Positions 38,863 to 51,117 of a DNA stretch of 64,000 bases are shown one piece after another (the first letter of the stretch is position 1; every line of letters begins with the position of its first letter). The notes under the pieces are model-generated. The model had not been told where the DNA came from. It was given only the letters and a program-made list of their open reading frames with translations, and ran no database searches. The stretch spans positions 98,208,001 to 98,272,000 of the forward strand of contig OX597819.1 of the NCBI GenBank assembly GCA_951406725.2. The letters run 5' to 3'. The position numbers and the translations under genes are program-made. The DNA is from Octopus vulgaris. Taxonomy: Eukaryota.

Positions 38863-41486
38863 ATATAACTAATACTACCATCGTCCCTAAAAACACCAGC
38901 ATTACATAAACCAACTGGGAGGCGTTCTGAGTAGTCGCTTGATCTGCGGGAAATAGCATCTTAATTCTCCAAAATCGCGCTGTACGAACACACAGGATGA
39001 TGTAGTCGTTAATATACAAAAAGACGGGACGGTCAAACTCGGAATCCCTTTAATCATTGGTCTGCTTGGTCATGATCAACCTAATTCTAAGCAACAATAA
39101 CAGCAGCAGCAGCAGCCGTCCAATAATTTGAACCTGGAGATCTCCATTTCCAGCGTCTTCGAGGGCCACCTCCCAGTGGCGTCGGGCGTCAACGAAGAGC
39201 CCTCGACTACAAGACGACCAAAGTTTTTTTTCCAAGGTCTGGGGTCTCCTGCCCCTAAGCCCTAGACCATCACCTAATCACCCTTACCCGTCTTGTTGCT
39301 TAACAACAATAACAACAACAGCGGCAGCAGGAGCAGCAGCACATACATTAAATAGACATTGTATAACAGGAAGGAAAGGATGTGAGTATTGTGCTGTGTT
39401 AAATACTCCAGAAGCAGGCGATAGATTGGTAGATTCAAATTACGCCGAGGTCAGTTTTGTCTTTCGTCCTTTTGGGGTGGATAAAACTAGTCAAGAACTA
39501 GCTTATGCTCGACAGTTCCCTCTCCAAATGTCTCTGGATTTGTACCGATGCTAGAAATTATTCTAACAGAAATTATTATTAACAAGCTGGACCCATGGAT
39601 GTTCCACGGAGCAGGCAACCTGTACAATGTTCTTATTATATTTCATATTTAAAAAGTCATTTCCGCTGCTACAAAATAAGCAGCACCGATGGCATTATTT
39701 CAAAGCGGGGCGACTCGTGAAATGCAACAATACCTTCTGGTGTGTACATTACTGTAAAATTAGTTCTAGTAGTAGTTTTTTGCTGGTAAAAAATTTTTCA
39801 TGATAAAGTTTCACTGTAACTGAATCAATTTCCGTTCAAACATCATCATCCCTATTATTATTGTCGGCTGTTTATGAACGAAGTGGATCAAATGAAAAGC
39901 AACACTTGACTTGACTTATTCAATTTGTAACGCAATAATTGAATATAATTGTAAAGTAAATATGAATTCATGGTACAAATATGCTAAGCTAAATATATGG
40001 TACAGATATGACCAGAAATATATGGCATAGGTATACTAAAATAAAAATTATGTAACTTAATAACAATCCATTATAGTCACTCAAATGCAGATAACAAGGA
40101 AATGTTAGCAAGAAAATATGAGTAAACTAACGGTTCACATATGCAATAACTTATAAAATAATATTTTCGTTAAAGTGCATTTAATGTTCTTTATGTAGGT
40201 CTTTCTATATGTTCTGGATTGATAAGCTTTTACCATCAACTCATATGACAACTTGATCTAAACAAGAGTGGTAGCAAAGTGGTGGGGCAAAAAGTACTTA
40301 CTAACAGAATGACAGGAGAGATGGTTCAAGTGATACAGCTACAACCTGAAACTGAAACAAGATTAAAGACCCTTATCTAACTTATGCTGTTGTTTAGAGC
40401 CGATATTCGTTTACATTATCTGAGTTCAAATCGAATTTACTCGCTAAGTCGAATTTAGATCTCGGGCATGATTTTAGAGTTGATACAATGAGTACTAGTC
40501 ATACACTGCTATAATCTCAATTAATACCGTCTTTTTTGTTATGAATTAGTCCAGAAAGAAAGATTAGTACTCATGACCATTTACAAGGTCTCTGAACATG
40601 TTAGGAGACCAAGGAGAACTAAACTACGACATATGGATCAATATGGTGTATTAAAATACTAGGTTGCCCTCCTACCGCACAGACACTTGGTCCTAATAAT
40701 TGGTCCTTAAAAAAGAGAGAAATCTGCTAAAGGTATCCTAGGAACAGACTGCGGTGTTAAACTGGGTGACAGATTAGGTGTACAGCCCAAGCACAAGAAC
40801 ATTCCTTCCAAGTGGTCTCCTCAATTTCCAGTTACCCGAATCCCGAATTCATTCACAAGGCTTAGTCGACTAACGGGTCGGCAAAGCCTTAATTCTGATT
40901 AAAGGAAGCAATAATTGTTATTACTAAACACTCGCCACTCCACACAACTCCACATCACTCCATACCACTCCACAGCGCCTAATCTCATGTTTCACCACAC
41001 CATTCCACCACACCTGACCTTGCACTACACCACACCACCAAACAACACATGACCCTACACTACCATCATTTAGGTTATGATTAAAATATACACCACTCCC
41101 CTCGACAACAACTAAATTTACACCACACCACTCCACAATGCATAATGCAACACTATGTCACACCGATATGACTCGGGGTTAAACAACGGTAACAAAAATA
41201 ACAACAACAACAACAACAACAACAACAAATGCTGCTTGGTGGATCTATCCAGTCTTCCTTCTAGAACTGTAGAATATTGGGATTTAGTGGAGTATTGTAT
41301 TAGCAGTAATAGAATATCAGTTTATTGTAGTATTATTTTACATTCAATCCAAGGAGAGAAGGTAGCCCTCATTGTTTTTAAATGTGGCACACTATTAAGA
41401 TAAAGAGAGAATAAAGATCATTTGATAAGATTGAATCTCTGTGGAAGATCCCACTGTTTTATCTCCTTTTTCTTCTCTGTTTTGTT

Positions 41487-41520
41487 TTCTTGACGACAGA
41501 ACACGGTCCGAAACGTTGAA
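41487..41520 (+). ncRNA. Degenerate minimal hammerhead motif
   Basis: TTC-TTGACGA-cagaacacggtcc-GAAA-CG-TT-GAA. Stem I pairs, stem II is weak and position 3-8 is U-G. Confidence 0.4.
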
Positions 41521-42049
41521 CCTCTCTCTTCTTTTTTTACATCGTAAAATTAGTTAACTCGAACTAATGTTTGTTTTTTTTTGTTTTTGCTTCTGGATGC
41601 TTTTTGCATTTCTACATAGTGTTAGTAGTGTGTTGTGGTGTACTATAGTGTAATATAATATAGAGTGAAGTAATGAGACATAGTATGATGTAGTGTGAAG
41701 TAGTGTGATGTTGAGAGATGTAGTGTGAAGATGTGTGGTGTAGTGCGGGTTAGTGTACTATAAAATGAAGTAGTGTGAAGCAGTGTGATGTAGTATGACA
41801 TGGCGTATTATGATGTAGTGTAATATAGTGTCATATAGTACGACGTAGTGTGACTTATTGTGATATAGAGTTATATAAGGTAACGTAGCGTGATTAAGTG
41901 CGATGTACTGTTGTATAATATGGCGCAATGTAATATCGTATTCTGTGATGTAATGTAGTGAGGGAAGATGTTAGCTTTGCCCATGGTCTGCCTTGATTCA
42001 AGATGGTACCCCTTCATGACCAAGATAAGATAAAATAAAAATATACACA

Positions 42050-42107
<58 letters not shown>

Positions 42108-42169
42108 TTACATACATATATATACATATATATACACACATACATATATATCCATAATTAGGGAATGGA

Positions 42170-42347
42170 ATATGCTTCATAGCTAGCAGAACCTCGGAGG
42201 CAGTAATTATCCAAATGAGGGGCAGACTGCAAGCTACTCTTCAGGCCGAGGATACCTTCACATATAATCAAGATATCCTTGGTCTGAAGAGTTGCTTGCG
42301 TTTTAGATAATTACCACTTCCGAGGTTCCGCTAGCTATGAAACATAT
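42170..42347. repeat. Imperfect fold-back element next to (TA)n
   Basis: Outer arms about 42170-42215 / 42302-42347, inner arms 42229-42254 / 42274-42299. Confidence 0.8.
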
Positions 42348-42837
42348 GTAGCCTGGATTTTATTTTCTCCATTCTCTAATTTTGAATGTCTATTCGCATA
42401 TACAGTAACCCCGTTGCTAACCGCGAACTATAAAATAACATTTTCTCAGCTTATTGTTCTTCGATGCGAGAAAACTTCGCAACCGCCTGCGACAATAAAC
42501 CACGATTGTTCCTGAAAGTTGTTTTTAATATCTTCTACGGACTGCTTGAACTCATTAACTTCTTACACCTTGATCCTTGGATCTTACATTTGCGCGCGCG
42601 CGCACACACACACACACACACACATATTCATACACACATATAATGTGCAAATCTTTGGCGGGCTCAAGAGTCATATAAGGGCCTCTCATTGCATTATCAA
42701 TGACTCATTCCAGTGAGTATTTCTAGCAATGGCTTTGCTCGTATACGAGAAAGCAACCACTATATTGATATATATATATATATGATATAACATAATATAT
42801 GGTATTGTTTCATTATTTTTCCTCATATTCATATGTA

Positions 42838-42894
<57 letters not shown>

Positions 42895-42899
42895 TGTTC

Positions 42900-43088
42900 C
42901 TTCTCGATCCATGCCGGTCCGTCGCAGGTGGGCTGCAAGATGCAGGAGGAAAGAGTCGGCGGAAGTTCGCCATTACCTTCTGCTGGAGCCGCGTGGAGCT
43001 TAGGTGTTTCGCCCGGTCTGAGATTCGAACCCGCGATCCCTCGACTGCGAGTCCGCTGCTCTAACCACAATGCCATGTGCCTCTACGC
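42900..43088 (-). mobile_element. tRNA-derived SINE family D
   Basis: Minus strand TGGCATTGTGGTTAGAGCAGCGGACTCGC...GGTTCGAATC. Related copy at 45870-46180. Confidence 0.75.
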
Positions 43089-43348
43089 ATATATATATAT
43101 ATATACATATATGTGTGTGTGAGTATGTATGTATGTATGTTCTATGTATATGTTTGTGTGTATGTATGTATGTATGTATGTATGTATGTATGTATGTATG
43201 TATGTGTGTATGTATATGTATGTAAAAAAGAGAGACAGAGACAGACAGAAAAAAGGAAAATGTCCCTTGCATTTGAAATCTATGGAAATATTTAAAAAAA
43301 CATTTCATTTAATTCTTCCTCAATTTAATTGTTTTTCATGCTTTACTC

Positions 43349-43386
43349 TTAGTTGAAAAAGTCGCAAAGACTGAAACCGGTGCTAA
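43349..43386 (+). ncRNA. Minimal hammerhead motif, U3-A8 variant (G at position 17)
   Basis: TTAG-TTGAAAA-AGTC gcaaa GACT-GAAA-CCGG-TG-CTAA, inside a ~220-bp element also found at 63040-63265. Confidence 0.6.
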
Positions 43387-43451
43387 AATGTTCTTCGTGA
43401 TAAAATTATTTTAGCATTTTCTACCTTGTCTTATTTTCCTTATATAAGTGT

Positions 43452-43528
<77 letters not shown>

Positions 43529-43705
43529 TATATGATATATGTTATATATATTTTTGTATATTTTTTATTTCTCCTCATTATATATATATATATATATAAA
43601 GTTAATCCAAACAAGAAAACACAGAAAAAAAGAGAAAAAAACACAGCAACGCAGGACGTGGAACAATTAAAGTATTATTGACGCTCAGGAAAGAAGGGAA
43701 GGAGG

Positions 43706-43740
43706 GTTTAACGTTTCGAGCGGAGCTCTTCGTCGGAAAC
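43706..43740 (-). ncRNA. Minimal hammerhead motif, U4C variant, in a ~190-bp element (43600-43790)
   Basis: Exact reverse complement of 51118-51152. Confidence 0.6.
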
Positions 43741-43826
43741 AAGGAGAAGGAAAGATCCCAAGGAGGGAAGACAGAGGAGAAAATATTTGAACTGGTGGTG
43801 CTCAAGAGATCACATGTTGAAAGGAT

Positions 43827-43872
<46 letters not shown>

Positions 43873-43979
43873 CTTATGTATGTATTATGTATCTATGTAT
43901 GTATATATAATTTATAAATGTAACGTGAAGGATAATACTTTTAAAAGAAAAGAATTTGATTTTAAATTTCATGCATATA

Positions 43980-44030
<51 letters not shown>

Positions 44031-44524
44031 TTGATAGAATACATTCACGATAATTTATGATGAAAATTTAGTTTTATTTTGCGTAACATACCGACGACTT
44101 CAGAGCAAAAGATCTCATTTAGCATCTGTCATTCATTATTGCTTTAGTTTCCGTCGTCCAGCGTAACAGATGCGAAGCCCGTTGCATTTTACTGAAAGTG
44201 AGTTAAGATTAATTAAGCATTTAGAATGAAATTTCAAATATAGAAGACAAACTGAACAACTAAGTAGAAATGATGTTATAGTAAAAGAGTACAAACGCTG
44301 TTGAATAATTTAGAAAACTATTTCATCAAGTATTATGAGACAAACGCAAAAAATAAACTGAATGGCTCTAGAAAATATCGAATGATTTAGAAAGTAAAAG
44401 TCTTATAATTTGTTCAACAGTTTCAAACGCTAAAGTCTTACTCACAAAAAAGGCACGTAGGGTATTATATATATGGATATATTTCTCTATGTCCATAAAC
44501 TCACGCATACATACATACATACAT

Positions 44525-44640
<116 letters not shown>

Positions 44641-44859
44641 GTATATATATATATGCACGCACACACACACACCACACACAACCGTATATATAATATACAT
44701 ACATAATACATATATACATACATACATACATACATGTCTTTTGAGGCTTCCGTTAGATTTGCAAACCTTATTACATACTCACCATTGAAAGGTGTGCACA
44801 AATATATAGGCAGAGCAGTTGGCGGAGGTTCGTTTTTCAGGGGTCCGTAAATGAGATTG

Positions 44860-45105
44860 AGCCCAGCAAAAAAAAAGGCATGGTCTTCATAAACTGTGCA
44901 CACAAAAAGGTCAATGAGATTCACCTTCTCGATCGCAACATTCTTCTTTAAATCTCTCTTGAATCTTGCATATGTGATCCTGGCCTCCTCAAAAGCTTTC
45001 ACTCCACAATACACCTTCGTTTACCATCCAGCTCGATCCGAAGCAAGGGTTTGTATGGCATTTGAATCCATTCCAGGTGATTTCAAATTCTTAGAACGAT
45101 TCCTC
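44860..45105 (-). pseudogene. RTE-type LINE C-terminal fragment
   Basis: LKSPGMDSNAIQTLASDRAGW*TKVYCGVKAFEEARI matches the RTE LA.DR..WR...GV..FE pattern. Confidence 0.65.
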
Positions 45106-45869
45106 ATACATACATACATACATACATACATACATACATACATACATACATACATGGCCGTATGATTAAGAAATTCGTTTCACAACCATGAGGTCTCAGG
45201 ATTGATCCTGCTACTTGGCATCTTCGGAAAGTGTCTAATGCCATAACCTGGGATCAAACGAGAGCTAACAACGGAATGTATTCTTAATTTATTAGAATGC
45301 CCGGCCTCATCACATATATATCATCACGCTGTGTCCTTAGATTACGCCCCGGTTGTAAACGGCTGCCGAACATTATAACGTAATCAGGCATAGAATCCGT
45401 CATGTATATAACTGGATGGACAGTCGTTGTTATTGAAAGGGGCTGTGTATAAGACAAAGTCCTGTCCGTCAGGCGGCTTTATCATACAGCATGACACCCT
45501 GGTTCTTCTTGAAAAACATATCAAGATAATGAGAGTACAAGTGTCTGTGGTATATTTACGTTATTGCATAAGTACAACAATGTGATAGAACGTTTACTTA
45601 TCGCTTAGTGAGAGGAGCCAGAGCAGTAGCCTGGACCTTTTTTCAGAACCCACAGTAGGATAAGGTTTTCTGCTATAGCCTAGGACCGACCAAAGCTTTG
45701 TGAGTGGATTTGGTAGACGGAAACTGAAAGAAGCCAATCGTATATACTTATATGTTTGTGTATGTGTGTGGCTGATTCGTCCGACAAAAATTCTTCACGG
45801 TTGTGTTCCAAGTTCCAACATGCTGCAGTCTAATGATTGATACAACCTCCCGCCAATATATATATATCA

Positions 45870-46177
45870 CCGTGATCACTGTGACCGACCAGGCTATCAG
45901 ATGTTGTTACACATCGCTGGTCACAATGCGCTTCGCATTGTCTTAGCCTTCAAATGACGCCACCCCGCTGGCTAAGCGAGCAGGCCAACAGAAGTAAGAG
46001 TGAGAGAAAGTTGTGGCGAAAGAGTACAGCAGGGATCGCCACCCCCACCCCCAGCCGGAGCCTCGCGGAGCTTTAGATGTTTTCGCTCAATAAACACTCA
46101 CAACACCCGGTCTGGGAATCGAAACCGCGATCCTACGACCGCGAGTCCGCTGCCCTAACCACTGGGCCATTGCGCCT

Positions 46178-46180
<3 letters not shown>
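45870..46180 (-). mobile_element. tRNA-derived SINE family D
   Basis: Minus strand GGCGCAATGGCCCAGTGGTTAGGGCAGCGGACTCGC...GGTTTCGATTCCC. Confidence 0.8.
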
Positions 46181-46219
<39 letters not shown>

Positions 46220-46228
46220 ATATATATA

Positions 46229-46451
46229 CAGTAGTCCCTCGTGTATCGCGGGTGTTACGTTCCAAAACCACCCCGCGATCGGTGAAAATCCACGAAGTAG
46301 AAACAGTGCTGTAATGTATATTTTTTTCATTATTTTTATAATTTGTATACATTTATTTTATTATAAATGCAAAACAGCACCACGGAGGGATCGACTTAAG
46401 CTTAAATAATAAACCGTGAAAGGTGAACCGCAATATGACGAGAGATTACTG
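46229..46451. mobile_element. Tigger/pogo-like MITE
   Basis: TA-CAGTAGTCCCTCG ... CGAGAGATTACTG-TA. Confidence 0.8.
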
Positions 46452-46473
46452 TATATACATATGTATATATATA

Positions 46474-46617
46474 TACAATTAGTAAGAGGAATGACCACTA
46501 AAGTGGATTCCTAATATGCGTCAAATCTTGAGAACACGCTTCGTGGTAAGGCGACTTGACGTCTACATTTAGCATATTAGGAATCCACTTTAGTGGTCAT
46601 TCCTCTTATTAATTGTA
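46474..46617. repeat. 46-bp inverted repeat (1 mismatch) with 52-nt spacer abutting (TA)n
   Basis: 46474-46519 versus 46572-46617. Confidence 0.9.
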
Positions 46618-46764
46618 ATATAATTTTAAATCTTTGGATTTTTTTTGGAATATGCTAGGCCATTGGTTTAAATTGATGTTAATTGATTGATACCAATTTC
46701 TACCCTTATTATTTAATTTAAAATAGCATGTGTATATATATGTATGTTTGTTTGTATGTATGTT

Positions 46765-47667
46765 GGGCGCAGGTGTGGCTGTGTGGTAAGTAGCTTGCTT
46801 ACCAACCACATGGTTCCAGGTTCAGTCTCACTGCATGGCACACTGGGCAGGTGTCCTGTACTACAGCCTCGGGCCTTATGAGTGGATTTGTGAGTGGATT
46901 TGGTAGTCGGAAACTGAAAGAAGCCTGTCGTATATATGTGTGTGTGTGTGTTTATGTGTCTGTTTTTGTTCCCCCCCCACCATCGCTTGATAACCGATGC
47001 TGGTGTGTTTACGTCCCCGTAACTTAGTGATAAGACACCGATAGAATAAGTACTAAGCTTACAAAGAATAAGTCCTGGGATCGATTTGTACTACTAAAGG
47101 CAGCAGTCAAATGACTGAAACAAATAAAAGAATAAAAGAATGTATGTAGGTAGGTATGCATATCTGTGTGTATGTTATACATACATGTATATACGTGTAT
47201 GCATACACACTCACAAATACATATACGTACACAGTTGTGCGTTTCTTCATATATGTCTATCTGTTTCTCTTTCATTCTTTTACTTGTTTCAGTCATTTGA
47301 CTGCGGCCATGCTGGAGCACCGCCTTTAGTCAAGCAAATCGACCCCAGGACTTATTCTTTGTAAGCCTAGTCTCATTTTGCCGAACCGCTAAGTTACGGG
47401 GACGTAAACACACCAGCATCGGTTGTCAAGTGATGTTGGGGGGGGACAAACACAGGCACACAAACGTATACACACACACACACACATACATATACATATA
47501 TACGACGGGTTTCTTTCAGTTTCCGTCTACCAAATTCACTCACAAGGCTTTGGTCGGCCCGAGGCTATAGTAGAAGGCACTTGCCCAAAGTGTCACGCAG
47601 TGGGACTGAACCCCCGGAACCATGTGGTTCGTAAGCAAACTACTTACCGCACAGCCACTCCTACGCC
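46765..47667. mobile_element. Tail-to-tail pair of family A SINEs (46765-47140 +, 47273-47667 -)
   Basis: Two near full-length copies in opposite orientation about 130 bp apart. Confidence 0.85.
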
Positions 47668-48266
47668 AGTCTATATACATAAAAAAAAAGGAAGAATTAA
47701 GAAAGCAAGATGGAGAAAAGAAATGCATCACTGTCAAGTGTCGTCCATTGTAACGCGTAATTCATAATGACACTGTTATGTCGGAGTCTATTCTAACGTT
47801 AATATAAGTAGTTCAAGTCCCAGACACACACTTTTAAAATTATGAAGTTAACATCTCCGCTTTACAACTTCTAAGAAATTAATACTGAATATTACAGCCT
47901 GGAGAGTTAGTAAGGGTCATTTGGCTCCAGGGGTGCGAATAGACACGGAGACGTTTAGGCTGGGTGTTCCGTACAGCTAGCTAATAGTGAATCTGCGGGT
48001 AGAGAACACTAATCATTCAACAACATTTTTGTGAATTATTTAAATGTTGCCAGTAATAGATGGGGGATTTTCAGTAAGGGAAGCTAGAGAAGCTGGGATC
48101 ATATGAACCCCTATTTTGAAAAAGTAAGTGATAGGATGTAATTTAATAGAGTAAACGCGATGTAATTATTGCTTGCACATTGATGGTGCGGCTGGATGTT
48201 TGGTGACTCTATTTCATTTTTAGATGAGATGGTAACTTCTACGGCTACTAAAACTACTACCATTAG

Positions 48267-48333
<67 letters not shown>

Positions 48334-48399
48334 TCCTTTATATATAATGAAATTATTGTATACAGTGCTCAGGTGCACCACAAATTGTCAGAAAGTGCG

Positions 48400-48625
48400 T
48401 GTTTCAGTTATTTGACTTCAGCCATGCTGAAGCATCGCCTTTTGTCGAACAAAAGAACCCCGGGGCTTATACTTTGTAAGCCCAGTACTTATTCAATCGG
48501 ACTCTTTTGCCAAACTGCTAAGTTACGGGGATGTTAACACACTAACATCGGTTGTCAAACGATGGTGGTGGGACAAACACAGACACACAAATATAAACAA
48601 ACATGCATAATATATATATATAGAC

Positions 48626-48679
<54 letters not shown>

Positions 48680-48842
48680 GACGGCTTCTTTCAGTTTCCG
48701 TCTACCAAATCCACTCATTAGGCTTTGGTCAACCCGAGACTATAGTAGGAGACACTTGCCCCAGGTGCCATTTAGTGGGACTAAACCCGTAATCATAAAT
48801 GGTTGGGAAGCAAGCTTCTTACCACACAGCCACTCCTGCCTC
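48400..48842 (-). mobile_element. SINE family A, full length
   Basis: Head and tail are both present. Confidence 0.85.
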
Positions 48843-49833
48843 TATAAAAATTATAAATATTATTACAATACAATAGTTTTATTTTCCAACGAAATAAAGC
48901 ACCGTAAAGGTAGAATTATAAATAGGAAATATGGACACAACAAGGTACCAATTTGTGCTGGAAATAGCAGTCAATAACCGTTCGATGCTAGGTAAAGCTT
49001 CACTGAATGTATAGAGGCAAAGATGTGAGCGAGCAGCAAACATAAATTTTTTTCGTCTTACCTCTTGGAAAAACGCCAGAGAAATGGTCACCCAGGTACT
49101 CGAGTTTCGGACTTTTCAGAAATATGCTTGTTATCGTAAAACTGATTGATCTTCGTTGGCTAGGTCTACCGAAAAGACTAAATTTAAAATATCTGCTACA
49201 TCAATGCCTGTATACTCGGCCAACAGTCCCAGTCACAAACAGAACCTTTACGGTGCTTTATTTTGCAGGTAAATAATACTATTTTATTGTAATAATATTT
49301 ATAATTCTTATATTAAACTTCACTGATCTCGATTCTGTTTATTGCTGGGGCTATTGGCCGAGTATACAGGCATTGATGTAGCGGATATTTTAAATTTAGT
49401 CATTTCGGTACCTGCCAGAGGGAGTGTTTGTCCAGGATAGGACTACACAGCCACAGCAGGAAATGTATCAGGACATGAAATATAAAAGCCGGACTAGACT
49501 ACTTCATGCGCAACTCCATTGTCTCCCGAGACAGAAAGGATGCCAACCAACCAACCAATTGGCCGAGTATACAGGCATTGATGTAGCGGAGATTTTAAAT
49601 TTAGTCATTTCGGTGGGCCCAGCCGACGAAGTTTTACGGTAACAAACGTATCCTGAAAAGTTCGAAACTCGAGTACTAGGTTGTCCATTTCTCTGGTGTT
49701 CTTCCGAGAGGTAAGACGAAAATTTTTTGGTGTTCGCCGCTCGCACACATCTTTGCATCTATACATTCAGCGAAGCTTTACCTAGCGAGGAACGGCCATC
49801 GGCTGTTATTTCCAGCAAAAATTGATACCTTGT
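48843..49833. repeat. Interlocking inverted-repeat structure, A-B-A'-b'-spacer-B'
   Basis: A 48843-48911 pairs with A' 49244-49312. B 48940-49244 pairs with B' 49559-49833. A partial b' lies at 49333-49410. Confidence 0.85.
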
Positions 49834-50053
49834 GCCACTATTTCCTATAGATACATATAATGTAGACAGCAGCTGCAATGTTTCACCAAATAGGAAAATT
49901 ATAATCGTCACTAAATATGAATAGGGTTTTAGAAACACTTACATTGCTAGAAAGAAGAGCTAAAATGCTCTAATGCTGTATTCAAAGCACATAATTGTAC
50001 ACATATATACTGACAGGAACAGTAATCGTCCGAAAACCCCGTTCGAGAATTTT

Positions 50054-50101
50054 CTTATACTGAGAGTCATTTTCGGCAATTTCCGCTGCCTCGTCAGTAA
50101 G
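50054..50101 (-). ncRNA. Type I hammerhead motif with canonical core
   Basis: Minus strand CTTA-CTGACGA-GGCAG cggaaa TTGCC-GAAA-aTGA ctc TCAG-TA-TAAG, with one mismatch at 15.2-16.2. Confidence 0.65.
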
Positions 50102-50178
50102 GACTGGCTCCACTTCGACAGATGTCGGACTTAATTCTCTATCAGTAGATATGTTTTCATCGTAGAAAGCTATGGATA

Positions 50179-50214
<36 letters not shown>

Positions 50215-50430
50215 TGTATGTATGTATGTATGTATATAATATAATATATTATATATAATATATAATATATAATGTATGTATGTTTGTATGTATGTATGTA
50301 TGTATGTATGTATGTATGTATATAATATAATATAATATATTAGAAGAAATAAGGTACTCAGAAATCTGGATGGTTTTATATTTACAGATCTTTATTAGTA
50401 TGTTACATGTTTTTATAAATCATATATCAT

Positions 50431-50472
50431 ATATTAGCGCTTTCGTCCACTCTAGTGGAGTTGTCAAATATA
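50431..50472 (-). ncRNA. Minimal hammerhead motif, U3-A8 variant
   Basis: Minus strand TATAT-TTGACAA-cTCCAC taga GTGGAc-GAAA-GCGC-TA-ATATA. Confidence 0.6.
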
Positions 50473-50891
50473 ATATATATATATCTATATATATATTATA
50501 TTATATATATATGTGTGTGCATGTATATATGTATATCAGCCGAACACACACCCCACCCTTGCTTTCTCCACTCTCGCCTCCCCCACCACACTACACCATA
50601 CAACATTACGCATCACATCACAACACACCACCCACACACCCATCCCTACATTTTCACACCTACACATACATACACGCACACGTCCAGCACACCAGCCCTC
50701 TTTCACACGCACATACATACTCTCTTATACACACACGCACCTTCGTGTTGGGGTTCATCTTTACTTTGTTATCTCCCCTACTTTCCTTCTCGTGTATGAC
50801 CCTTCTGTCCGAGTCAGTCGCCATAATAGATCGTTAGCCACTACACACATTTTTTTCTCTCCTTGTTTCTCTCCTTGTTTTTTCTGTGTCC

Positions 50892-50927
50892 CTTTCTGTA
50901 GAAGAGCGTAGGCTCGAAACGTAAAAG
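50892..50927 (+). ncRNA. Minimal hammerhead motif, A6U variant, in a PLE-like terminal repeat (about 50535-51020)
   Basis: CTTT-CTGTAGA-a-GAGC gtag GCTC-GAAA-CG-TA-AAAG. Confidence 0.55.
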
Positions 50928-51117
50928 ACTTTTTCTATTACTGAGCGTTATACTAATACATCTGTTTGTTTTGTACACCACCTGTCTTCGTCTTTTGTTT
51001 TTTTCGTAAACTCTCCCTATATATATATATATATATATATTCAAAATGTGACCGCGTGTGTACCGTTGGCGATTTTTTTCCTCTGTCTTCCCTTCTCTGG
51101 ATCTTTCCTTCTCCTAT

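Noticed and set aside
44140-44270. Possible further hAT dimerisation-domain remnant (LRLIKH...IEDKLNN)
   Set aside because: Too degraded to support as a feature without a profile search.
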